A DNA stretch of 64,000 bases, filler included, from Trypethelium eluteriae (lineage: Eukaryota): NCBI GenBank assembly GCA_051942245.1. It is 5 parts of 5 records of this genome, joined end to end, with 100 filler letters (N's around TTAATTAATTAA, not from the genome) between each part and the next. Parts side by side here need not be neighbours in the genome. Positions count along the whole stretch, not along the records: positions 13,276 to 26,430 come from JAVECL010000742.1; positions 26,531 to 39,645 come from JAVECL010000744.1; 3 more parts are not named here. One strand, given 5' to 3'. The notes under the pieces are model-generated. The model was not told where the DNA came from, searched no databases, and was given only the letters and a program-made list of their open reading frames with translations. The position numbers were made by a program, and so were the translations under genes. This document shows, piece after piece, positions 24,445 to 36,743 of the stretch. Position 1 is the first letter of the stretch, and the number at the start of each line of letters is the position of its first letter.

Positions 24445-25884
24445 ATGGCTCCACTCCCTCAAACGCTGGCTACCATCTCTCATCGGATCCACGATGCTTT
24501 CGCCGATGTTAAAATCTCTTCCATCAACCTTTCTCCTTTTGAGATTGCCCAATTGGCCATGAAAATGCAGCCTCAACCTTCGAAAGTCTCAGATATACCC
24601 TACTCTGACTCTCTTGGCCAATCATCCCATCCCGAACACGGCCTGGTCCGTCGCGACTCTACACCTGTCTCCGAAATGGACAATCACATACTCTCGAAGC
24701 GACTTACAACTGCCCCTAATCCAACCTATACTCCCGGTGCCGGTACTCAGCCCTACTACAAGTTCAATAACAAGGGCTACTTTGCACTTTTTGCAATACT
24801 GGGCGCTGCTATGGTCCTCGCGTCGATTTGGTTCTTTTTCTGGGCTAGAAATGGAGGGTTCCAATGGCGCAGGGGAGACTGGGAAGACTACAAATCCACG
24901 GTATTGCGTCGAAAAGGGCCGGATGGAAAGACGCTGAGTAACGCGACTAAGAGTACTAAGCTTGGGGGCGGAAGCGTGGTAGCAGGTATGGGAGGCAAGA
25001 CGAAGAAGAAAGGGGACAGATACACCGACAAGAGCAGCAAATGGGGCGATGAGATGGCCGAGATGGAAGCTGGCTATTCTCACAAACACGGCAAGAGCAA
25101 ACGAACAAAAGACCCCGAACTAGCTGCCTATCGCGCAGAGAAGCCTGCTCGTATAGGAGGACTCAACCGTCAAGCCGACGGCAGTCACTTCGACTACAGT
25201 AACACCGACCGTTCGGAGGCCATGACCGACTTCTCCGAGCCACCACCCCTCGTGCCCTCCAAACCATCCGCCAAATCCAAGAAAGAAAAGGACAAAGCCG
25301 TCAAAGCCGAAAAGGAAGCCGCCAAGCGACGCGCCAAGCTCCGCCTCGCCGCTGCCAAGAACGCCGCCAAAGTCGAAGCCACCATGAAGAAGACAGAGGA
25401 GAAGCATCGCAAGGAGGCGCTCAAGCAACAGGCCAAGAGCGCGAAGAAGGAACCCTCTTCTTCTCTCAAGAGACCGCCACCGCCCCCTAGCGTCACAGTC
25501 ACCGATGATGACGGTTCCACCGTCTGGACCGGCCCGAGCGCGAGCGGAAGCGGCGGCACGGGGCAGACTGGCGACTCGTACTACAACTCATATCGGCCTC
25601 ATGCGGCGCCGATGCCGTCGCAGCCGGTGTCGGCGAGGAGCCAGCGGACCTCGTACGATGGGTATCGCTCGAGTCGGCACCAGCACCAGCATCAACGGAG
25701 TCGGTATCTGGATGACTTGGATGAGATGACGGAGGCGAGTAGTGAGACGGGGACGAAGGTGTATGAGCATCATATTCCGGGACTGGGACGGCCGGCGAAG
25801 AAACCGGGGTATAGAAGGGGGGGTGGAACTAGGAGGGATAGTTTGAGTGATAGTGAGGGGGAGACTAGGACGACGAGGTCCTAA
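24445..25884 (+). CDS. Conserved fungal single-pass membrane protein with long basic/disordered C-terminal tail
   Basis: AAAA-ATG at 24445; TM segment YFALFAILGAAMVLASIWFFFW followed by ARNGGFQWRRGDWEDYKSTVLRRKGPDGKTLSNATKSTKLGGGS; Lys/Ala-rich coiled coil. Confidence 0.85.
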   Translation: MAPLPQTLATISHRIHDAFADVKISSINLSPFEIAQLAMKMQPQPSKVSDIPYSDSLGQSSHPEHGLVRRDSTPVSEMDNHILSKRLTTAPNPTYTPGAGTQPYYKFNNKGYFALFAILGAAMVLASIWFFFWARNGGFQWRRGDWEDYKSTVLRRKGPDGKTLSNATKSTKLGGGSVVAGMGGKTKKKGDRYTDKSSKWGDEMAEMEAGYSHKHGKSKRTKDPELAAYRAEKPARIGGLNRQADGSHFDYSNTDRSEAMTDFSEPPPLVPSKPSAKSKKEKDKAVKAEKEAAKRRAKLRLAAAKNAAKVEATMKKTEEKHRKEALKQQAKSAKKEPSSSLKRPPPPPSVTVTDDDGSTVWTGPSASGSGGTGQTGDSYYNSYRPHAAPMPSQPVSARSQRTSYDGYRSSRHQHQHQRSRYLDDLDEMTEASSETGTKVYEHHIPGLGRPAKKPGYRRGGGTRRDSLSDSEGETRTTRS

Positions 25885-26158
25885 GGGAGGGATGGAAGAC
25901 TAATGGTGGAGTACGAAATGCTTTGGTGGTGATTAAGGCGCTCTGAGACGGTTATACGATGAGATTGAATGCATATGGCCAAAGGCTCGGAACAAAGACC
26001 TCCAAATTGCGAGATCATGGCATAGGAATGGGCGTTCAGACCGCGAGAACTTTGAAGGATTGACTGTACGTAGAGTTAGATACCAACAATGTACAAAATC
26101 ATGCAACAGCTGTTTTCAGCTTTTCCTTAACTTCGTCGCTTGTCATCCCCTGAGCTCG

Positions 26159-26430
26159 TTACTTCAGTCCGAACATGTCCTCCTCGATAATCTCTCTTGG
26201 AGGCAAAGACCCCTCCTTTCGCTTCCAGCTCAACATCTTCCGCGCTTCTGCGAAGACGTCGTAATGATAGAAAAAATCTTGAATCTCCTCACTAAACCAT
26301 GCAGTCTCTTGGTCCGGCAGCCTCCCCCCATAGTATCGCCTAATAGTGCCCTCAATAACCTTCACCGAATCCCAATAGAACATCCCATTCGACATCATCT
26401 GCGTCACCACCGCCCTGGGCAATCGAAACG
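26159..26430 (-). CDS. C-terminal fragment of a gene cut by the contig edge; possibly an FAD-dependent monooxygenase
   Basis: Open frame from the contig end: FRLPRAVVTQMMSN...WFSEEIQDFFYHYDVFAEARKML. It resembles the RxPRAxxxQxxS...YD tail of salicylate-hydroxylase-like enzymes. Confidence 0.45.
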
Positions 26431-26530
26431 NNNNNNNNNNNNNNNNNNNNNNNNNNNNNNNNNNNNNNNNNNNNTTAATTAATTAANNNNNNNNNNNNNN
26501 NNNNNNNNNNNNNNNNNNNNNNNNNNNNNN
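26431..26530. other. Artificial contig spacer
   Basis: 44 N + TTAATTAATTAA + 44 N. Confidence 0.99.
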
Positions 26531-27102
26531 GCAGTGGCAGATTGAATAGATAGCTCACGATCAGACATTTTGACACGCGTTGAGGTGGTGGTTGAGGTGG
26601 ATCAAATAATTGGGTTGTATCACGAAATTGGGCCGACTCGGGGTTGGTCCGACTCTAGGTGGTTTGACTTACGCGCGATCGCCTGTGATAGCGGAAAAGG
26701 CCCATCCAGCTCATAAGAGAGTCTAAGCTCGAGAAAGCTAGAGGGTATGTCTCTGAATAATAAGGCAAGTGGTTTTACAAGCGAAAGATGTTGCAAAGGA
26801 AAGATGATTATTTCCAAATGTTGTCAATTGAAACTTTCTACCTATTCTTGTGAGTATACAGGGGAAGACTGTTCGCGCCGCTAACCATCTGATCGGAAGA
26901 GACGGAAACAACCATGTGGAAACCGAGACACTGACATGTTCTAATGATGGATGATGTTAAGAACACGGGGGAATTGCGAGGGACGAAAAAGCCGCTTGAG
27001 CATACGTGTGCCGGTTTACACCAGAATACCGATAGGTTCCGACTATGTTCTCTTTCAAGATAGGGCGCTCCTCGACCAAGAAAGCAAACAAAGAACCAGA
27101 GC

Positions 27103-28275
27103 TCAGAAGAAGAAATAGGCCAATAAGAAGCTAAGTAGGCAGAGACCAGCGACAATCTGTACGGGGACTCCACTTGCCGGGACCCGCTGAATTCCTTGGC
27201 CAGTAGTTCCAGTGGTAATTCTCTCCTTTGAATCTTGATTCACCGCATCGGACTTCCTTTGTCGAAGACCTTGCTCTTCAACCTGCTGTCGGAGTTTGGT
27301 GATCGTCGCTTTAGCATCTGCGAGCTGCTGTTTCACGTCATCCGTTGATGTGGGAATGGCGTTCGAAACACCAGCCACTGCAGCACCAATCGTCGACTGA
27401 GTGGACTGTGCTGGATTCGTCGCAGAGCCGCGTATTTGCCCGAGATCCTTGGCATCTTCTGGTTTTGATTCTGGTCTCGAGACGGAGCCTACTGCTGGCA
27501 CGCCTGACTGGCGCTGTGGTGTAGTATTTTCTGGTGATCCGTATTGAGAAGGCTCATCGAGATGATGTACGCCATTCACCTGTTTGGATGGGGTGGTTGT
27601 AGTACCATCCGTTGACGGTGGTAGAAATGAGACCCGAATCTTTTTCTCCTGGATTGCACTCTTATCGGTTGATTCGATGTGTTGCCACTAAGATCGCGTA
27701 AGCGCGCAGCCTTCCCATTTGTATGCATTACTTTTTGATAGACGTACAATGGTTGAAACATTGCCAGTATCTTTATCGGCGGGGACGGCAACGGACTGCA
27801 CAAGAAACTTATCGCGACATCGTGCATCAGGTGGCGGATCTTCCTTCATGGCTTGGAGTAGCACTAAAACTAAGTCATTGCTGCGTGAGCTATGGTATCT
27901 CTTGAGGGCCAACCTTGGACTTCCACATCTTGGCCAGGGGGAATTTGTCCCGAGTTAGGTCGGACGCAATACCTATAAGCTTTGTAAGTCTCATATCATT
28001 GAAAAGGCTGATCCATCGCAATCGTACTGCTTCGGCGCAGTCGTTTTGACCTAGATAGAGGATTAGCGATCAACAGAGACCCCATAGAACAGAAGTGATT
28101 GTCAGACCTTGAATGCTACAGACGCCGCATTAGGATTGCGCAGTCTTAGGGTTTGCGAGACTTCGTGAGTGAAAGGCCCTTGATAGTTTCCGTCAGCTCT
28201 GTGAGTGGGGAATGCACTGGGGGGTTTCCCCGTACGCTTAAAGCCCAACTCGGCTGGCTGCAGCTCGAGGGACAT
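27103..28275 (-). CDS. SCS2: VAMP-associated protein (VAP/Scs2): MSP domain, coiled coil, tail anchor; ~6 exons
   Basis: Spliced MSLELQPAELGFK-RPFTHEV...VAFK-VKTTAPKQ-YCVRPNSG...CRDKFLVQS; MSP signature FKVKTTAPKxYCVRPN; C-terminal TM GVPVQIVAGLCLLSFLLAYFFF. Confidence 0.95.
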
Positions 28276-28661
28276 GGTTACTTGGTGCAGCGATTATCGT
28301 TAGGCAAGATGAGAAGAGTAACGGATAGGATTTGTAGGTCGCAGAATCTACGCAACACGTTGTAAACAAGGTGGAGCCAAGAGCGTGGTTGGAGAGTGGT
28401 TTCCCTGAGTTACGTTACGTAGGTAGAGCCGCCGACGGGTACTCGTGGTACTCACAAATCGCCCCCACTATGTATGGTTCAGCAGAACCAAAGCTATTCC
28501 TGATTGATTATGTGACTTTTGCCTTCTGCCTTCTGCCTTCTATCTTCTGCAAAACCTTACACTTCCATCAACTTATCTAAGTTTGAGGTTTCCTCTTTTC
28601 CTAGGCGACTACAGTCTCTTCGCCGAAGTCGCACATCGCCACCAAAACTTCGTCAATCAAG

Positions 28662-29694
28662 ATGTCCGACCTAAATTTGCTTTTTGAGATGGGGTTCGAG
28701 AAGGAGAAGGCAGAGTTAGCCATCAAGAAGGGTGGGAATTGTATGCTTTCTTCTGGTGCCAATGCCCGAAATACCCACCGCTGACAAATAAACCAGTGCA
28801 AGGTGCTATAGAGTGGTTAGAGACCAACCAGGACAAGACGATTGAAGAACTCAAAGCAGAAGAGGAATCTGCAGCTCCGACCGCTCCGGACGACTCACAA
28901 GCCAACAGCCTTGTTTGTCAGGAATGTGGAAAGAGGATGCGTGGCACCGCCGAGGCAGAGTACCATGCTAGCAAGACGTAGGTATCAGCTATCTCCAAAA
29001 CACAGGGCGAAGCACTGACGAGTGTTTTCATTCAAGGCAACATACAGATTTCGAACAGTCCACAGAGGAGATAAAGCCCCTTACCGAGGAAGAGAGGGCA
29101 ACCAGACTCGAGGAATTACGTGCGAAATTAGCAGTCAAACGAGCCAACGAAGCCGTACAAGACAAAGCCGACCAGAAGCGCAACGAGCAGATCCGAATGA
29201 AGTCTACCAAAGAGACTCAAGATATCAAGGAGGAGCTCCAGAAGAAAGAGCAGATCAAAGAGGCCGAGAAGAAACGCAAGGAGAAGCAAGACGACATCGA
29301 TGCCAAGAAGCGCATCAAAGCCAAAATAGAAGCAGACAAGGAGGCACGTCGTCTCAAAGCCGAACAGGAGAAGGCCGCAAGAGCTGGTGTAGCGCCGCCT
29401 GTCCAACCAGCAGCACCCGCAATGCCTACTACATCCGGGCCTGCGACGTCGAAGCCCGCGTCAGCGTACACGGAGGCAAGGCTACGATTGCAGACGGTGA
29501 ACGGGACGGTGCAGAAGACGCTTCCCGTAGAGACGACCCTCTTTGAGGTGGCACATCAGTTGGCGCAAGATAATGGGACGGAGGTAGCGACATTTACGAC
29601 GAATTTTCCGAAGAAAGTGTTTGATCGGACAGATTTTGGGATGACGCTCAAGGAGGCAGGCCTTGTGCCCAGTGCTGCTCTGATTGTCAAATGA
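28662..29694 (+). CDS. UBA + C2H2 zinc finger + coiled coil + UBX protein (UBXN1/SAKS1-like Cdc48 adaptor), 3 exons
   Basis: MSDLNLLFEMGFEKEKAELA...AIEWL (UBA), CQECGK...HASKTQH (C2H2), ARLRLQT...TNFPKKVF...TLKEAGLVPSAALIVK (UBX). Confidence 0.9.
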
Positions 29695-29836
29695 AGACTT
29701 CACGTCTATCGAATGCAATGACCGTTAGCATGGCGTTGGTGATATTGCAGCATTTAGAAACGGTACATCGACTAGGATGGATCGTTATGCGATCAGAAGC
29801 GTGGATGTCAGATAATGAGATTTCGCTGTCGGAGCT

Positions 29837-31197
29837 TCAAGCTACAGCTAGAGCTTTCTTTGCAAGCTTCCTCGACTTCTGGCCATCCTTATTCTCTTGC
29901 TTCGTCGTAGCCTCTTGCTTGAACACCGCAATCTCTGGCTTATCTTCGATAGCCTTGACTGTTTCTGCAGTCCCCGCAGTGACCTCCGACTGCGTATCAC
30001 CATTCACAGGGTTGTCTTCCAGAGCTTCCATGACAGCAACAGTATCCTTCACAGGAACAGTGGCCACATCGGTCAGTCTCGGAAAATCGAACTCATATCC
30101 CATCTCCCGCAATTTCTTATTCTTGCTATCTCGTCGCTCTTCCTCCGTCTTGACCCTCTTCACCCACACCTCCCGATCTGCACCCTCCCTCAGTCTCTTA
30201 CCTTCCAGCTTGTTTCTTGGAACAGGGCGAAAGCGTTTGTTCGCGCCCACGAACAGTTTCTCGTGCACCTGAGCCGGCGGAATTACTGTAACCTGGAGGA
30301 TATGCCCAAACATCAAGTACTTGTTCATTGTCCTTGCGACTATGTCAGCCACTTCTGAAGATGCGAACTCGATGAATGCGTAGTGTTTGCTACGGCCTGT
30401 CTTCTTGTTGCGAGATAGGCGGAGGCGCTTGATTCTGCCGAATTGGGAGAAGTAGGCGCGCATTTGAGGTTCATAGAAGCCATGAGGAATTCGCCTACTG
30501 CAGTATTAGAAGAATTGGCCCTCCCAAATTGACATGCTGGGAAGAGTTTACCCAAGGTAAATTACGCCAGGGCCATCCTTGGTCGTTCCAGGCGCATCTT
30601 TCTTCTGCTTCTGTACCTTGCCATCGTTTGGTATCTTGGGTATGTCCTCGATGGGCAGACCCTCGGGCTCTGGACCATCAACTTCATCCTCTTCACTGTC
30701 ATTCTCCTCGTCGCTACTCTCGAATCCAGCCAGAAGCGCTGCTGTCCGATCTTCGCTATGTCCCTCGCTATCCGCACCGCTTCCAGAATCTATATCTGTG
30801 ACTGCGACTTGCTTGCTCTTCTCCGAAGAGACCTTGCCGGACTGTTGCGCCTTTGCTTTTCCCGATGTACTCTTCAGTTGCTTAGATGGCTTTGCAAGCT
30901 TGGCAGGTTTGGCGCCGGTTGCTTCGATCTCTTCGTCTTCGCGAAGCACTGCAGTGGGTTTGTGAGACTTCTTTGAGGGCGCAGCAGGGCCGATTGATTC
31001 TCTTTTTGCCATTCTTGTAGACACCATTGGTTTGTTGGCGCTGTCAGAGATCTTAACTGGCACTGAGGATTTTTTGGGCTTCTTCACAGGCTTGAATAAT
31101 TCTGTCGCATCTAGGACAGTTAAATTAGTGTGGTTCGTTGGTATGGGAGTCAGATTTCTGTACTTTTGCGTTTTGAGCTTTTCACTCCTGGCGCCAT
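29837..31197 (-). CDS. NOP15: Nucleolar RRM ribosome-biogenesis protein Nop15/NIFK, 3 exons
   Basis: GVIYLG-RIPHGFYEPQMRAYFSQFG...RLSRNKKTGRSKHYAFIEF; first exon MAPGVKSSKRK spliced to a Lys-rich then acidic N-terminal region. Confidence 0.92.
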
Positions 31198-31437
31198 ATC
31201 AGGATGTCTTTAGCTTGCGCACAATACAATGCTAGCTGGATAGCCTTGATGGGAGAGTTTTATTTTTTCACAGTGGAAAAGTCCCGTCACTAAGGTACTC
31301 CGTACTCCGCCGTGCCCGCAAAGGCGGTAAGCGGGGCGGGTGTCTAGCGGCCTGGAGATGCAAAGTACTCCTAGCCAATCAGAGTTCCGCTCACCAAATA
31401 AATTACTTTGTCTTCTAAAAAATCGTCACAACCTGCC

Positions 31438-32251
31438 ATGGGTAAGAAATGGCTCTCCCAGAGCCAGATCTGGGACGATTCTGCACTCCAAAAATCCTGG
31501 AATACTGCCGAAGCTGAATACAAGGTGCGCCTTCAGTTCTCACTTCAAGTCATAGGCTAACTATCCCTCACAGAAGTATCATAGCATCCACGTTCAAGGC
31601 GGAGATGTTGAGAAATTGCTGCAGCAGCTTGAAGCAGAGGAAGCGGAGGAAGTAGATGAAGCAGAAAAAGCAGAAGGGTAAGTATCGTTGCTTTGATAGT
31701 CTCTTAGGCACAGGATGTAATAACAATGTCGCAGGGCTGATATGGGTACAAGCGTAGAACTGCCCAAAGAGGAGGACAGAGAGGTCTCTACCCAAAACCT
31801 TGCCACTGGATCCAATTCAAATGCTGTGGTTCACGGCGACCAAAGCGTGGGTGTAAAGGGGGGTGCCGAGACGAGCGAGGCCATGATGGTCGGGTTGGTG
31901 TACGCAGTGTTACGAATGCCGCTGACTCTCATAACAGACAGATTACACGTCAAATCACGTTCAAGATGCTAGTGGATCTACATCAGCACATCAGAGCGCA
32001 AGCCAATTGCCCATGCCTCCACCGTTTCTTACTTCAGGTGCGTGGGTCATGCACTTTCAGATCCGGACAATACGATAGCTGACGTACCTCAAATAGACCA
32101 GGACGATGCATTGAAGAATGCGATGATGTCATGGTACTATGCGGGATACTATACGGGTCTGCACGAAGGTAGACAGAGTGTCGCATCTAACAATCAGCAG
32201 CAAGCTGAAGCCAATCTTGGCCAGCTGCCTCAAGCGCCACCGACTTCTTGA
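31438..32251 (+). CDS. smn1: Survival motor neuron (SMN) homologue, 5 exons, no Tudor domain
   Basis: N-terminal Gemin2-binding motif IWDDSALQKSWNTAEAEYK-KYHSIH and C-terminal YG box MMSWYYAGYYTGLHEG; four GT-AG introns keep the frame. Confidence 0.9.
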
Positions 32252-33138
32252 TGCAATTCTCCTTTTTTCCAACGAGCTTCTGAAATTATGGGTTATGTGC
32301 GCATGCAAAGCGCTCCATTCTATAAAAATAGAGACATGAAAGCCGGTCACGTATCGGTACGCGTTGCATCAGAGAGTCTGGGAACCCCAAGATTAAGGAT
32401 CGCCCTTTAACTGTGAGTGCTTGCGGCTCTCGCAGGGCAGATTTGCAATTCTGAACTGACTCGACATGAACTGAGGCATAGGCGTCCTGAACAAAGAGAC
32501 CGTGCGGCGATTTTTCACAGCCAGGGAGAAGGTGTTCTGACCATTTTGTTTTTTGAAGGGCAGGGATTTTCGAAAGAACAACTTTAAATCAATTTCACAA
32601 TCGTTTCCATTACCGATCCTCCTAATAATGAGCTTATCCAAAGCTTGAGCAAAGCTTACGTCCGTTCTTGGATGGTGTGCAGTGTGGCGCAAAATCTGGA
32701 GATAGCGATGTTTGAAGTTCGCGATGAAACCTAGCTCGCAACGTACGCCGTCTCCAAACCCCTCACAGTCCTCTATTTCTCACTTACGGCCATGCTTATT
32801 CCGGTCTCTTGTGCTAGGTAGATGACGACTGCCAAACTGAAGCTGTTGCGCGCTGTCGCAGTCTTGGCATGGGAACTTTAGCTTCCGAAAGTGCACCTTC
32901 ATGCATTCAGAGACGCCTTTAGGCAAGTGTTCCCCCAATTTTCCACCTTTTCAACTTCACCGCCAAGCAAATCAGTGACGACTCTCTCATTCCCTAGCTC
33001 TCAGTCCCTCCTTTTGCATATACACAGAGCTGGTTCTCTCTTTTGGTTCTCTCCTGTAATAAATTATTTTTCCACGTTACAATCCGACCTTAGTGATACC
33101 CAATATTTCTTGAGTCAATCTTGTTGCATCTCATCACC

Positions 33139-33841
33139 ATGAAGGCGTTTTCTCTTCTTGCTCTGCTTACAGTTGGAGCTCTGGCCCAAACACCAAGTAC
33201 AGAAACAGTAAGAGGTCATCTGGAAAGGCTTATCAAGCAAGACTAATCTTCATGTAGTTTGCTCTACAACAGTCAGGGAGCAGCACAGGAACATCTGGCG
33301 CTCAGCAAACGCAGACAGTAAGCTACCTGAATTGCTTCATTTTCTGCTTTCTCACAAGGTTTTGTAGTTCGCTGTCCAACAGAATGGAACGTCTGCACCT
33401 CTTCAGATTGCCGTCTCGTCGGGCTCAAACACATCAGCTCCACTCCAAATCGCTGTTTCCTCCGCTTCTAATGCAACGTCTACTCCCCTCCAAATCGCCG
33501 TCTCCTCAGGCACAAATGCGACGTCAACGCCACTTCAGATCGCCGTCTCCTCAGCAGCAAACTCGTCTACTCCACTTCAAATAGCCGTTTCGTCGAATGC
33601 ATCGGCATTGGCTACACCTACTCAAATCATGACGACCTATACTGTTGCAGTGATTTCGGCAACCGCTTCCGCAGCCGCAAACAACTCAGGCAGCCTAGCA
33701 ACAGGCACAGGCACCGCATCAAACGGCCAAACTTGCACCTGCCAATGCTTGTGCGGAAGCAACGCTTTTCCATCCATGGCAGGCATGGGCAACTTCGGCG
33801 GCATTGGTGGCGGTTCCGTGCCAATGATCGGAGCCATGTAA
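33139..33841 (+). CDS. Secreted Ser/Thr/Ala-rich repeat protein with Cys/Gly C-terminal motif, 3 exons
   Basis: Signal peptide MKAFSLLALLTVGALA; phase-0 introns 33208-33257 and 33318-33367; five PLQIAVSS units; tail CTCQCLCGSNAFPSMAGMGNFGGIGG. Confidence 0.85.
33398..33595 (+). repeat. Five coding tandem repeats (42-45 nt period) encoding PLQIAVSS plus an N-x-S/T linker
   Basis: Peptide core is identical in all five copies while codons differ synonymously (e.g. CCTCTTCAGATTGCC, CCACTCCAAATCGCT, CCCCTCCAAATCGCC). Confidence 0.9.
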
Positions 33842-34276
33842 AGAGGACAGAGCTGTTGCTTTTGTCTGGTTGAGGGTTCTTGTTTTGCATACCAATACAC
33901 TTCTTCAAAGGAATAATCTTATTTTCGACGGCATGACGTTTTGGAAGGAAGGCGGCACAAGCCAGCTGTTTAGCCTCGAGCAGCTGGATGTTCACACTAT
34001 CTGCTGCTTTGGTACAGCGAGGGTGGCAAACTGCTTCATGTAGATACGCAATAAAGCATAGGGTGGCGTAATAGAATACTGCATCGTGAGCATTGAGAGA
34101 CATGATATCATGGAATGAACCTTCTATGTGTAATTTGGCGTGACGAGTGAAGCTCATTAGAAACACCTCTCGCACAGGACAATCATCATCCTGACTCCCC
34201 TATATCCAACCGAGACTTGCGCTTTCACGCGTCCTGAACTCCATTGCGGCGCCGGATGGACTATGCAGGCTATTGC

Positions 34277-34645
34277 TCACTTCTTATCGGCGCTGGAACC
34301 CCCTGATTTCTTAGCATCCGCTATGTGAAGGTCAGTGTATCTGCTCTCTTTGTGTGACAGCCTTCCCAACTCACCAGCAGCTTGCTTTGCGCGCATGATT
34401 GCAGCGGTGTCTTCCTTTGCCTTGGCAAATTCCGTGCCCGACATCTGTTGTCGCGTCAGGATCGTCTTGAAGAGGACTAAGGTAAGGATTTGTTATATGT
34501 AATACCGCGTTCGACTTTTTCTAATGCTCAAAGATTAGCTTCATGGCTCGTCGCAAAGGCTGTCTCTAAGGCGCAACCTTACCTGTGATGACTGTAGCTT
34601 CAAGTTCTTCTCGCGAGCCTTTTCTCGCTGATTTCCGCGTGCCAT
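34277..34645 (-). CDS. Small EDRK-rich factor (SERF/4F5 family), 63 aa, 4 exons
   Basis: MARGNQREKAREKNLKLQSSQ-KKSNA-MSGTEFAKAKEDTAAIMRAKQAA-ADAKKSGGSSADKK; MARGNQRExAR is the family signature; 15-nt exon at 34520-34506. Confidence 0.9.
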
Positions 34646-35732
34646 TTTACACTGGAGACTGATGATTGACTGGACAGGCTCTATAGGGACAGTATGGCGG
34701 ATAGAAGGTGCGCAGTTGGTGTGATTGTCTTCTTGAAAGCACAACTGGTGCCGACGGCTCGGAGAAAAAAGGCCAATCCAGACAACGGCAGTACCCGTGC
34801 CCAGTCCAACATCGTCCTCACCCGAAAGGTCCTACTCACCTACTGGTCCCTACCTCAAGCTGCGAAGTATACCTCCACCAACGCGATTTACGAAATCAGT
34901 GAATTCATTCAGCACAATGAGTTCCGTGACTCCTGCTTGCACGAGCCTCGTTCCTTTGCCATTTGCCACTACTAAACCAGGGTAGCTCTATCCTGCCTGT
35001 GCCTTGCTTGCATTGTTTCTGAAACAGATCGGCGCTTGGTTCGCGCTGCCTCTGGACGCGCCGCTACCAATACTTTCCCAGCATTCCCTTCTTCTCCAGA
35101 CAAGGTTTCTGCACGCTACAGGTAATTGGTAAGGTTCATGTGGACAGGATAAGCTCCACCTCGAGAGATCATGCACCGAGGAGTCATTCGAATCCTATCG
35201 CTGGCAGTCCCCCGGCTCAGAATGGACCTCTGTCGTGTTTCATGCCGACAGCCGCCTTGAAATAAGGGTGAAGAGTTGTAAGTTGAGCCTGATGGGAGCC
35301 AAAGAATTCTTTTGGATTTGGTAGCGCGTTCAATGGACGTATCGTGACGTACGACAATAGCGAGCGCCAATAACCCAAGATATCTCACTCCTCTTGCTCA
35401 CTTTCCCCCCCAACTTCTTCCTCTATTGACATTCTTTGCTATTGTACTCTGCGTCCATTGACTGGATAGCCTAGATATCCTTGGCCTGTCCGGCTTTGGA
35501 TCTCTACAACTTTTTTATCTCTCTACACCAGTATCAAACACACCTTCATCACCTCCACTTAGATTCTCGCACTCTCCTTCAGTAAGTTTCACTGCCGGTC
35601 AGTCCTCCAGATACAATTGAAAACAACATAAGCTCTTCAAGGCCTTCTACAGTAAGCGCTCCTAAAAGATCATCTGAACGGGACGCAGCTTACGCATTGT
35701 CGATAGCACTTTACCTCTCTCTTTAAGATATC

Positions 35733-36743
35733 ATGGGTCTTTCAGCCAAGTCTCTGGCCGGCCCCGGCTATGTCATTCTCAATGTCCTTCGTGTCATGAA
35801 TATCATTGCTCTGCTCGCTGTCGCCTGTGCGAGCGTTGTCATGCTGGTCAAGACATTTGTCGTATCCAAGGTATGGACTAGTCGATCGTACCGTGATATG
35901 TGGGCAACAGCGCTGATAGAACCGCCAGTTCTTCTTCTTCGATGCGTGCAGCCACGTCATTACAACCTCCATTAGCCGTAAGGGAGAACTCAACCATGAA
36001 CTGAAACAAGCTAACATGACTCAGTCTTCCTTATCAGCTCCGAAGTCTCGCTGTTCCGCTCATACTTCGCCCGGAACTGGCCTCTACTCAGCCCAAGCCA
36101 TGGATTCGTTGCCCTGGGGATCTCCATGATTGTACTTGGAATCAACATTCTCGGAAATCTGAACAAGCAGGCTACAAGTCAGCAGTCGCTGGGCTTGGCA
36201 TTCTGGAGGATCGTGATCGGCTCGGGCATCATCGTGTTCGTCATGGGCTTCTTCAACATGATCGCAGTACGTGCTTTCGAAACTCGACTCCTTCAGAGTT
36301 CATGTAATTGACCATTCATCCAGAGCTATGTCTTCTGCGATTCATCCCAAGGAATAACTTCCCGCATGGTGCGCGCCCATGGTGCCACAGCTGCCGACGA
36401 ACAGCACAGTGGTTCTCCCTCGATGACGAAGTCCTACGCTAAACACACGCCCGTTATCTCGTCCCCCTTGAAGTCACCGTTCAAGACTTTCTCGCCTTTC
36501 AAGAGCATGCAACGCTCATCCAGCCTGCCGTCGTACTATTCCTCTGGCTCATCTGATAGCTCGCCTCAGAAGCCCAAGAACGAGAGGCGTCAGAGTGTAG
36601 GACCTAAAATGCCGCTCAACATCTCCGGTCCCTTGAATGTCAACCACAACTTCACGCACCTTGTGAAGCCGGAGCCCACGCATCCCGCAGATCGAAACTC
36701 GGAAGTAAGCGCGAATGGTGAGCCATACCATTGGCGGATATGA
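35733..36743 (+). CDS. Conserved fungal four-TM membrane protein of unknown function with Ser/Pro-rich tail, 4 exons
   Basis: MGLSAKSLAGPGYVILNVLRVMNII...-FFFFDA...-LFLISSE...NWPLLSPSHGF...FWRIVIGSG...-SYVFCD; three GT-AG introns in frame. Confidence 0.85.
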
